From Oscillospiraceae bacterium (GTDB taxonomy: Bacteria > Bacillota > Clostridia > Oscillospirales > CAG-272), in assembly GCA_015064585.1 (NCBI GenBank), contig SVRY01000006.1:2209-66208 (forward strand): DNA of 64,000 nucleotides, written 5' to 3'. Positions 56,137 to 64,000 of this stretch are shown here, in pieces (position 1 is the stretch's first letter; every line of letters starts with the position of its first letter). The notes under the pieces were generated by a model. That model was not told the origin of the DNA. It did no database searches and saw only the letters and a list, made by a program, of their open reading frames with translations. The position numbers and the translations under genes are program-made.

Positions 56137-56745
56137 TTATTGAAGTTCAAAATACTCTTTTCCGTGCTGACAAAGCGGGCAGAGATAGTCTTCGGGAATT
56201 TCATCACCCTCATAAACATAACCGCAAATGGTGCAGACGTACTGCTTTTTTTCAGTCTCCGGAGCTTTTGGCTTGGGCTTGACCTCGGCGTGATACTGCG
56301 CGTAGGTGAGGGAAGGGGTGTTTTCCATAACGATGGCATCGGTCAGTTCTGCAATGAACAGAATATGACTGCCAAGATCCATGTGTTCGATAACCTTGCA
56401 GGAAAGATACATATTGGTGCTTTCCGCCAGATACAGTATGCCGTTTTCCGAGCGAAAAACAGTGCGCATGCCTTCAAATTTGTCGGTATTTCTGCCCGAT
56501 TGCATACCAAAACGGCGGATGAGGTCAAAGGTGACGGTGTTGTCAAGGGCAGAGAGATTGAATTTTCCGGTATTTAAGATCATGTCGCAGGTTAAATTGC
56601 CCTTGATGACGGAAATGCTGATGCGCGCAGGATTTTCGGCAATCTGCACGGCTGTGTTAATGATGCATCCGTTATCTTTTCCGTTTTCATTGGCAGTGAG
56701 AAGATATACTCCGTAGGAAAGGTTGTAAAGCGCTTTATTATCCAT
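56137..56745 (-). CDS. Flavin reductase-like protein with C-terminal rubredoxin domain
   Basis: LSYGVY, NGCIINT, FGMQSGR..DKF, GSH and LTYAQYH motifs; C-terminal CTICGY..CPLC. Confidence 0.92.
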   Translation of the reverse strand: MDNKALYNLSYGVYLLTANENGKDNGCIINTAVQIAENPARISISVIKGNLTCDMILNTGKFNLSALDNTVTFDLIRRFGMQSGRNTDKFEGMRTVFRSENGILYLAESTNMYLSCKVIEHMDLGSHILFIAELTDAIVMENTPSLTYAQYHAEVKPKPKAPETEKKQYVCTICGYVYEGDEIPEDYLCPLCQHGKEYFELQ

Positions 56746-56961
56746 TTTGACCTCCGTTTTTACAAATAAAGGATATGTTACTTTTATGATATCATATCTC
56801 ATGGGGGTTGTCAATGAGGACAACATGTTTTGATTATAATTGTACTATAAAATTTTACTTTTCTTGACAAAAATAATAAATTTTATAACTTTTTATTGCG
56901 TTTTTTGACATTTGCTGTATAATGATTTAATAAGCTTGAATTTATGGGAGGCATTTTTATT

Positions 56962-57372
56962 ATGAATGATCGTGAACTGATCGAAAAATGGCTTTTGGTT
57001 TTTGGAAAGGACATTGATAAGGACCTGATCGATACGTATGTTATAGGCGAGGGAGCGTTCTTGTGGCATTTGTTTACTTGGGGGAAAGTTTCGTGTCTGA
57101 AAGGCAATGCGGCGAAAAAGACTTTTGATAAGTTGCAGTATACAAAAGCCATCCGATTTTACGGCGGTTACTCAAACCGTATCGAAGGTGTTTCTTTGAT
57201 TGAAAAGATCTCCTCTAAAGAAGTAAAACAAGACCCAAAGAGTGATGTCTATATCGTGGCAGAAGATTTTTCATGGACATATGTGCGTACACATGAATGT
57301 GATTTGGGACCGTATCTGTGTATTAAGAGTGAAGAGCTCGGGTATCTAAAATTCAAGTATGCCAAACACTGA
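56962..57372 (+). CDS. DUF4275-like hypothetical protein
   Basis: FLWHLFTW..CLKG..A and DVYIV..DFSWTYVRTHE..GPY motifs; SD GGGAGG. Confidence 0.75.
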   Translation: MNDRELIEKWLLVFGKDIDKDLIDTYVIGEGAFLWHLFTWGKVSCLKGNAAKKTFDKLQYTKAIRFYGGYSNRIEGVSLIEKISSKEVKQDPKSDVYIVAEDFSWTYVRTHECDLGPYLCIKSEELGYLKFKYAKH

Positions 57373-57452
57373 AAGCGACGCATCGAAAATTTTACATTTT
57401 TATGAAATAATGAGTTTGGAAAATAAGAATTTGTGAAACGGAGGTATATGTA

Positions 57453-57908
57453 ATGAAAAAATACACATCTCGTGCAACAAAATGGTTAGCAATCCTTACT
57501 ATTATTAGTGTCGCAGTTTTGATTGCGGGCATTATTTGCATTCTTCCACATTCATCAAATGTTGGATTGCAAATTGGACTAACAATGCTTGGTGGTCTAA
57601 TGAGTATTCTTTTTCTCGCTTGCTATTTCGTAGAAAAAAGTCGATACTTAACAATAGACTGTGAAAAAATCGTTCTGCCAAGAGGTGCAGACAAAAACGG
57701 AAAGATGTCTTTTCAAAAAATTGTTATAAATATTAACGAAATTCGCTCGATTAAGAGTGAATTGTACAAAGGTGATGGAATAATTTCAAAGGATACTCTT
57801 TTTCACAAATTGAAATTAAAAGATGGCATAGCAATCAAATTTACCCTTTATGCCTATGGGAAAGATGCTGAAAAAGAAATCTTAGAAAGCATTAAAAAAC
57901 ACGTTTAA
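57453..57908 (+). CDS. Hypothetical membrane protein (two TM plus soluble beta domain)
   Basis: SD GGAGG; two hydrophobic helices; AT-rich coding sequence. Confidence 0.75.
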   Translation: MKKYTSRATKWLAILTIISVAVLIAGIICILPHSSNVGLQIGLTMLGGLMSILFLACYFVEKSRYLTIDCEKIVLPRGADKNGKMSFQKIVININEIRSIKSELYKGDGIISKDTLFHKLKLKDGIAIKFTLYAYGKDAEKEILESIKKHV

Positions 57909-58145
57909 CAAATTCCAATTTGCTCGAACAGATCTAAAAGGGACTTTTTTACAGCTCTTTGTACTTCTTGAGGTGCTTTTTTACAGTGCCTTTAGTGTTG
58001 CATCACATCAATCAAAGCGAAGCGATTGGAAAATTTACAAAATTATGATATAATATCATATATGCCTGTCATATTTGAAACAAAATGTTGACTTAATAAG
58101 TGAAAGGCATAACGCGCGGTGTCAATTGTCACGGAAAGGAGTATT

Positions 58146-58706
58146 ATGGATGATAACAGAATAATCGAATTGTTGTTTGAGCGTGCCGAAACTGCGCTCA
58201 ATGAAGTATCCCATAAATATTCCCGACTGTACAAAGGGATTATCAGAGAAGTTCTGAGCGATGAATGCGATATCGACGAATGTGCTAACGACGTTCTGCT
58301 TGCCGTGTGGAATACGATTCCCCCAAACAGACCGAATAGCCTTACGGCATATATCTGCAAGATCGCCAGGCGCATCGGAATAAACAGGCTGAAATATAAC
58401 ACAAGACAAAAGCGTAACACCGGTTACGTAGCGATGCTCTTAGAACTTGACGATTGTTTGCCGTTTGTCGAACCGATTGATGATAGCGACGAACGCAGTG
58501 AACTCATTCGCTCGGTTCTGTCTGATTTTATTCGAAGTCTTGATCCTGAAACAGAAATCTTGTTTGTGCGCCGATATATGTATCTTGAATCAGTGACCGA
58601 TTTGGCAAAACGGTTTGAACTTGATGAAAATCGCATTTCGGTAAAGCTGTATCGCGCGAGAAAAAAGCTAAAAAAGGTGCTTGAAAAGGAGGGTATCAAA
58701 GTATGA
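58146..58706 (+). CDS. ECF sigma-70 factor
   Basis: MDDNRIIELLFER.E.A, ECANDVLLAVWNTIPP, FVRRY and ISVKLYRARKKL motifs. Confidence 0.92.
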   Translation: MDDNRIIELLFERAETALNEVSHKYSRLYKGIIREVLSDECDIDECANDVLLAVWNTIPPNRPNSLTAYICKIARRIGINRLKYNTRQKRNTGYVAMLLELDDCLPFVEPIDDSDERSELIRSVLSDFIRSLDPETEILFVRRYMYLESVTDLAKRFELDENRISVKLYRARKKLKKVLEKEGIKV

Positions 58707-60085
58707 AAAACTCTCGCAATGAAAGATTGTCCGAACACTTATTGAATGTCGACGAAGAAATTTTCACGAATGCACATGATATTGATGACGCTGAAAAGCT
58801 TAGGCAATATATCAAAACAAAGAACGCAAAGACTAAGAAACCGTTTTATATGACTTCTGTGTTTCGCAGAGTAGCCGCAATTGCAGCTTGCTTTGTTTTG
58901 ATCGTTGGAGTAATGTTCTCAATTCCTGCGCTGTTTAACAAGGGGGGCGATGCTCCTAATAATAATCCTGATGATGATCGAAACCACCTTGAAGAGGTTA
59001 CCCCACCTTGGTTAAAAGGAGAGGAAGACTATCTCACGATTAACAGCATTGATATGTTGAATTACTATACCGCAATGAAGGTACTTGCAGATCCGACGAA
59101 TGCGACAAACACAGCGTCTTACAAAACAGACAGTGGAATAACTCTTCTTTCTGCAAGTGTAAACGCCAATGCGAACTCGTATGGATTTACGCTCCTATCT
59201 AATACAGATAGTGATGTTGGATACGACACGCCTCCTGAAGGGTATAATCCTGATAATCAAGAGAAGAACGAAGAAAAAGTTTATTATTACGAGTTGGATC
59301 CAAATGAAGTCTTCTCGGTATCAAGAGTAATTTTCTTTCAGATCGAAATTAAGAATGCTAACGGATTTCTGGCTTCTAAGGTTGGAACAGGCATCATTGA
59401 TGTTGTAATTACCGAAAACAGCTTGGAGCCTATGATTACCTTCAGAAATGGCGACCGTTACTATTCATGCTGTGAAAACACGCTCCTTGATAATGGAAAA
59501 TTGTACTCGACTCACAAGTATATTGAAGGCTTCTATATTGTCAAGAATTTAGAACAAGAGAACTATTCCTTTAGCGTTGAATACGATAATTTCAATCTCG
59601 ACTATGTGAATGTGATCGCAAAGAGCGTAACGTGTGATTCGTATAAAAACGGTGGAAACATCCCCGATGGTGAAATGTCAGTGATTAGCAAAACGTATTT
59701 TTCCAATCACTTTGTAGAAATGACTATTGCCGATCTTGAAGAATATTTCAATACAGGCAAGTTTACCGAGGGAATGGAGGATCCTTCTCAATCAGAGAAG
59801 CCTCCCGCAGTGACACCTCCTGCTGAAACAGCAGATTTTTATACCAACGGACAGTATGTCTTCGAACTTAAAAGCGACAATACCTTTGCTTATTACAGAG
59901 CCGATGAAAAATCCGCAGTATACCGTAAAGGCAGCTATTCGTGGGGCTGTAGTGCGATTGAATTCAGATTCACGCATGAAGGTGAGGTTGTCGAAACAGT
60001 AAGCTGTGATCTCCGCGGACCAATTGGCTTCATATATAACGGATTGGAATATGCTAAAGAGCTGTCCGAAGGTGAACAGTCGTGA
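58703..60085 (+). CDS. Putative anti-sigma factor (single TM, large extracytoplasmic domain)
   Basis: ATGA overlap with the ECF gene; N-terminal L.NVDEE.F motif and TM AAIAACFVLIV. Confidence 0.75.
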   Translation: MKNSRNERLSEHLLNVDEEIFTNAHDIDDAEKLRQYIKTKNAKTKKPFYMTSVFRRVAAIAACFVLIVGVMFSIPALFNKGGDAPNNNPDDDRNHLEEVTPPWLKGEEDYLTINSIDMLNYYTAMKVLADPTNATNTASYKTDSGITLLSASVNANANSYGFTLLSNTDSDVGYDTPPEGYNPDNQEKNEEKVYYYELDPNEVFSVSRVIFFQIEIKNANGFLASKVGTGIIDVVITENSLEPMITFRNGDRYYSCCENTLLDNGKLYSTHKYIEGFYIVKNLEQENYSFSVEYDNFNLDYVNVIAKSVTCDSYKNGGNIPDGEMSVISKTYFSNHFVEMTIADLEEYFNTGKFTEGMEDPSQSEKPPAVTPPAETADFYTNGQYVFELKSDNTFAYYRADEKSAVYRKGSYSWGCSAIEFRFTHEGEVVETVSCDLRGPIGFIYNGLEYAKELSEGEQS

Positions 60086-60378
60086 AAAAACATCTGATTT
60101 ACCTCGGAATATTCCTCTTATCTATTGTCCTCTGTCCGCTTGGTTTCGCCCTCATGTCTCAGATCGGCGCTTGGGAAGAAATTGCATTCAGAAGGAAGTA
60201 TGATATAGTAGAAGAGGTAAGGACGGACTGTACCATTTTCCGCTGCGCTGCGTTCCACGGGGGAAAATCAACGGAAAAGACGAAGCATAGACGCCTTTTT
60301 CTACGATTTCAGATATTTCTATGCAAGATAGTTGAATGCATATGGTTGACGTTTTGCCAATCCATCCGAACGAAATAA
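60082..60378 (+). CDS. Hypothetical protein, possibly truncated
   Basis: GTGA overlap with the upstream stop; plausible signal/TM N-terminus but unconvincing C-terminal half. Confidence 0.35.
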   Translation: MKKHLIYLGIFLLSIVLCPLGFALMSQIGAWEEIAFRRKYDIVEEVRTDCTIFRCAAFHGGKSTEKTKHRRLFLRFQIFLCKIVECIWLTFCQSIRTK

Positions 60379-60393
60379 TAAATGGAGGAAACG

Positions 60394-61596
60394 ATGAATA
60401 AGTGTATTGTAAGAACAAAACGGGCAGTGGCGGCGCTGTTGGTGCTTCTTACCCTGCTGACCTTGGTTTTGACGGGATGCAACGACAATACGGTCGGTCA
60501 GCCTACCCCGCCTTCGGTTTTTGAGGAACACGATGACAATACGGTCAGTCAGCCCACCCAGCCTTCGGCAGGGGATGAGGACGGATCTGAAGTTCCCATT
60601 TCCTATCCCTTGTGGTTTTTTCTGGCGAAATGGAAAGAGCAGCCTCTTACCGTATCAGAGAAGCTAAAGCTGATAAAATTGGGAATGAGCTATGCGGAAG
60701 TATCGGAGATTTTGGGAGGCAAGGGTAAAGAAACCGAGGAATTCCTTGTTTATGAGTGGGAACTTGACGGCGGAGATCTTTTGAAGATCGCCTTCAGCCA
60801 TCCCACCTGGCTAATTCGCTATGAATATCCTGGTGACTTGGTGCTGAAAAATATGCGTATTGTCCCGGCGGAGGAAGGAGCGCCTGTGCGCTACTCGATT
60901 TACGTTCACCGCAAAGACACAGTGGAGAGTATTCTTTCAAGCTTTTATGGGCTTCACGGATTCAACGATGCCGATATTGCCAAAAAGGCTTTTGAAGAAT
61001 TGGATATTTCAAATACCGATTTTTGGTTTAAGGATCTGCTTCCAACGGTAACGAATGCGCCGTCCTATAAACGCTTTGAAGGCTATTTTTTGGAGGGATT
61101 TTATTTCTACGATAGCTATGAACCGACCGAGGAGGCATACGCCGAGGCGGTAACAAATTTGCTTTTGGATATGCTTTCCTATTTTGATCAGAAGATTGGT
61201 GATGATCTGCTCACTACCCATCAACAACATATGCAAAGGTATTATCCGGACTACACCCCTCTTTATTCCCTTGCTGAAATCGTCACGATGGCATCGTTGA
61301 TTGAGAGTGACATAGGGGAGATTCGAGAAGAATACTATTATATGACTTTGGCGGCAGAGTATCATAAGCGCTTGAATGATGAGAAAACGGGCGGAGTGAT
61401 TTGCAGCCCCGGGTCGCTGACGTACGGTGTGTGGTTAGCTGAGGGTCATTTCTACGTAAGAGTAGAGGAATATCTGGATTATGATAGTGCTTATAACACC
61501 TATAAAAACAAGGGACTTCCCCCCTCACCCATTTGTGTGCTGAGCCTTGATGCGATCGAGGCGGCAGTAACGCTTGCGCAGCATGCTAAGAGATGA
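60394..61596 (+). CDS. Lipoprotein with divergent, C-terminally shortened MltG/YceG-like domain
   Basis: Lipobox LTGC; EGFYFYDSY, IVTMASLIE and DSAYNTYKNKGLPPSPIC..SLDAIEAA match YceG motifs. Confidence 0.75.
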   Translation: MNKCIVRTKRAVAALLVLLTLLTLVLTGCNDNTVGQPTPPSVFEEHDDNTVSQPTQPSAGDEDGSEVPISYPLWFFLAKWKEQPLTVSEKLKLIKLGMSYAEVSEILGGKGKETEEFLVYEWELDGGDLLKIAFSHPTWLIRYEYPGDLVLKNMRIVPAEEGAPVRYSIYVHRKDTVESILSSFYGLHGFNDADIAKKAFEELDISNTDFWFKDLLPTVTNAPSYKRFEGYFLEGFYFYDSYEPTEEAYAEAVTNLLLDMLSYFDQKIGDDLLTTHQQHMQRYYPDYTPLYSLAEIVTMASLIESDIGEIREEYYYMTLAAEYHKRLNDEKTGGVICSPGSLTYGVWLAEGHFYVRVEEYLDYDSAYNTYKNKGLPPSPICVLSLDAIEAAVTLAQHAKR

Positions 61597-61709
61597 TGAT
61601 TTGGCGAACAAGCCAAGTGCATTTGACGGGATTTTAATCCGGTGTTTTGGTAAAGGATGATGGACCATGTTCGTTTCTGTAATATCTTCTAACAAAGAGG
61701 ACGACATAA

Positions 61710-61922
61710 AATGAAAAGCAGTATATAATTGACCTTTTGAATAATGATTCTTGGGTAAATGACCTCTCAAACTGTGGTAGTGATTTTGTATTCTATACCC
61801 AAGCACGAGATATTAGATACCATTCTGAATGTGGAACTTTTAATGATTATACAAACCAAAAAAGTATGACCGTTTCTGAGGAACAGCGAACCACTATCAA
61901 TGCGATGTTAGGTATCAATTAA
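61710..61922 (+). pseudogene. 3' remnant of a hypothetical gene
   Basis: Open frame NEKQYIIDLLNNDSWVNDLSNC...LGIN begins right after an in-frame stop with no proper start; followed by the boundary motif and a terminator. Confidence 0.5.
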
Positions 61923-62012
61923 CTTGTCAATTCCAATTTTCTCGGACAGATTAAAAGAAACCAAGGCACATTTCTGAGCCTTGGTTTTTTGTATGGAGGA
62001 AACCCTATTATC

Positions 62013-62076
62013 TTTATGCCTGTTCTTCAAATGCGCTCTTGTCAAGTCCGCAGATGGGGCAGACGAAGTGTTCGGG
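62013..62076 (-). repeat. Duplicated 3' end of the rubredoxin gene
   Basis: 62013-62068 is identical to 62749-62804 (56 bp), extending to 64 bp with 2 mismatches; encodes ..[17 protein letters not shown]. Confidence 0.92.
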
Positions 62077-62181
62077 CGAGAATTTGCGCGTTTTATCATT
62101 TCACCCGGAAGCATTGAAAAATTCACATTTTTATGCTATAATCAGTTCGATATACTTGAATTTAACGGAGGGAAAGGCGCT

Positions 62182-62574
62182 TTGTATAACGAAATTAAAT
62201 CATCCGAAGATATAAAAATTTTTCTTGAGAAAACAAATATGCTTCATGACGGATACATCATTGATGCTCAATACAAGTATTACGGTATAGAAAAGACGGA
62301 AGACGGGCTTTGTTTTTGTCCCGAAGAAAAAAAGCTGACACTTCAAATATTAGTTACAAGCATTTTTAATACCGTTGTAGAAATCGAATTTGAAAATATT
62401 TTGGAATGGCAGATGAAAAGCGACACAGAGTACATATTCTCTACTTTCGTTGATTTCATTGAGCCTAAACGAATTGTCTGGTCCAGTGAGTTTTTTACAA
62501 ATATGGATTCGATAAAAAATAATTCCTACGTAATTGCCAAATCCATGAAGTGGCGAATTGTTGGAGAATTTTGA
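62182..62574 (+). CDS. Hypothetical protein
   Basis: Promoter TTGAAA-17-TATAAT (62114-62142), SD GGAGGG, TTG start; contains LHDG motif. Confidence 0.7.
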   Translation: MYNEIKSSEDIKIFLEKTNMLHDGYIIDAQYKYYGIEKTEDGLCFCPEEKKLTLQILVTSIFNTVVEIEFENILEWQMKSDTEYIFSTFVDFIEPKRIVWSSEFFTNMDSIKNNSYVIAKSMKWRIVGEF

Positions 62575-62749
62575 TTTTAGAAATTTTACGTTACAATCAG
62601 ATGAGCAATTCCAATTTACTCGAACAGTTTGAAAGCGGAGGCACGTGCCTCTGCTTTTTGTTATTTTTTGGTGCCGACTCAAAAAGAAAACAGAGCACCA
62701 AAGGTGCTCTGTTTAGGTATGGAGGAAAAACATGTGTGTTGTTTTTTAT

Positions 62750-62905
62750 TTATGCCTGTTCTTCAAATGCGCTCTTGTCAAGTCCGCAGATGGGGCAGAC
62801 GAAGGCTTCGGGAAGATCTTCCCATTTGGTGCCGGGGGCGATGCCGTTTTCGGGATCGCCTACAGCGGGATCGTATTCATAGCCGCAGGGGCAAACGTAT
62901 TTCAT
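62750..62905 (-). CDS. Rubredoxin (51 aa, absent from the ORF track)
   Basis: Manual translation [51 protein letters not shown]; SD AAAGGAG. Confidence 0.95.
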   Translation of the reverse strand: MKYVCPCGYEYDPAVGDPENGIAPGTKWEDLPEAFVCPICGLDKSAFEEQA

Positions 62906-62952
62906 AGTAAAACTCCTTTCACTTTATGTTATTTTACCCAAAACTCTTATGT

Positions 62953-63019
62953 AAAGTTTTGGGAGTTCCAAGAACCTTTTTTCAAAAAGGTTCTTGGTGG
63001 GGTGTGGGGCAACGCCCCT
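62953..63019. repeat. Intergenic double-hairpin (REP-like) element
   Basis: CCAAGAACCTTTT..AAAAGGTTCTTGG (62968-62997) plus GGGGC-aac-GCCCC (63006-63018). Confidence 0.55.
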
Positions 63020-63030
63020 ATATAATCAAA

Positions 63031-63588
63031 TTACTTTCCGAAATATCTTTCCAGCAGACCCTGGAAGGCTTTGCCGTGTCGGGCCTCGTCGCGTGCCATT
63101 TCGTGTACGGTATCGTGGATAGCATCCAGACCCTGCTGTTTTGCCATCTTGGCAAGCTCAAACTTGCCGGCGGTAGCGCCGTTTTCGGCGGCAACGCGCA
63201 CAGTCAGATTTTCTTTGGTAGAGGTGGATACACATTCGCCCAACAGTTCAGCAAATTTAGCGGCGTGTTCAGCTTCTTCAAAAGCTGCCTTTTCCCAGTA
63301 CAGACCGATTTCAGGATAGCCTTCGCGGTGAGCAACTCTCGCCATAGCCAGATACATCCCAACTTCGGTGCATTCACCTTCAAAGTTAGCACGCAGACCG
63401 TCGATAATTTCCTGAGGAACGCCGGGTTCCTTGCCGACGCCAACGATATGTTCTGCTGCCCAGGTCATGCCTGCTTCTTCTACAACTTCCACAAATTTTT
63501 CAGCGGGCTGTTTGCAAAGAGGGCATTTTTCAGGGGGGGTAGGACCTTCAACGATTTCTCCGCAAATTGTGCATCTCCATTTTTTCAT
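63031..63588 (-). CDS. rbr: Reverse rubrerythrin / NADH peroxidase
   Basis: N-terminal CTICG..CPLC, then ferritin-like GECTE, EEAEHA, AENGA and DEARHG motifs. Confidence 0.93.
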   Translation of the reverse strand: MKKWRCTICGEIVEGPTPPEKCPLCKQPAEKFVEVVEEAGMTWAAEHIVGVGKEPGVPQEIIDGLRANFEGECTEVGMYLAMARVAHREGYPEIGLYWEKAAFEEAEHAAKFAELLGECVSTSTKENLTVRVAAENGATAGKFELAKMAKQQGLDAIHDTVHEMARDEARHGKAFQGLLERYFGK

Positions 63589-63624
63589 AGTAATAATCTC
63601 CTTTTACATTTTAAATATAATTTT

Positions 63625-63990
63625 TTAGATTTGTTTTTCGCATTTGGGGCAAACGTGATATACATTCAGTGTATAGGACGTGGGAATAACCCCCGTGTTT
63701 CTGCGTACGATTTCCGCAATATCGGGAAGGGGCAGATCGGAGAGGGAATGGCATTGCTCGCAAATCACATGCGCATGGCGGGCGGGATTTTTATCAAATC
63801 GATCGGCTTCGCCATCCATGGGGATCTTTTGAATGAGTCCCTCTGTGACCATCAGGCCGAGATTGCGATATACAGTTCCCACAGCAATGCTGGGGTACTT
63901 GGATTTGGCTTCCAAATAGATCTCATCTGCCGAAAGATGTTCTTCCGAAGTGCAGATGATATCGTATATGATCTGTCTTTGCTTTGTCAT
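63625..63990 (-). CDS. Fur family transcriptional regulator (PerR-like by context)
   Basis: TKQR, HLSADEIY, TVYRNL, HAHVICEQC and CPKC motifs; upstream of rubrerythrin. Confidence 0.92.
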   Translation of the reverse strand: MTKQRQIIYDIICTSEEHLSADEIYLEAKSKYPSIAVGTVYRNLGLMVTEGLIQKIPMDGEADRFDKNPARHAHVICEQCHSLSDLPLPDIAEIVRRNTGVIPTSYTLNVYHVCPKCEKQI

Positions 63991-64000
63991 TACTCTCCTC

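Noticed and set aside
61981-62181. N-terminal 67 aa of the 197-aa ORF
   Set aside because: Spans a terminator, the antisense rubredoxin remnant and the promoter; real start is likely TTG 62182.
54900-62800. Prophage or classical integron in the accessory region
   Set aside because: No phage structural genes, integrase, or attC-like RYYYAAC...GTTRRRY palindromes recognised.

Overview
A chromosomal segment of a spore-forming Firmicute (Clostridia-like; spoIIR, spoIVA, polC, T-box, rpsO-pnp and rpsB-tsf-pyrH-frr-uppS-cdsA-dxr-rseP-ispG-polC). About 1-54.9 kb is mostly housekeeping, including three tRNAs (Gly, Arg, His). A five-gene envelope operon (32.6-39.5 kb) contains an amidase and an LCP-family protein that share a ~70-80 aa repeat domain I do not recognise (2 and 7 copies). 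From 54.9 to 62.8 kb there is an accessory region of small genes, gene remnants and an ECF/anti-sigma pair. It also holds GTAG-type REP palindromes, a branched palindromic element, a recurring gene-boundary motif (AATTCCAATTT-N-CTCGRACAG) and a duplicated rubredoxin 3' end. The window ends in a Fur/PerR-rubrerythrin-rubredoxin cluster. No integrase, transposase or CRISPR array was seen. All calls come from reading the sequence and recalling family motifs; no database searches were run.
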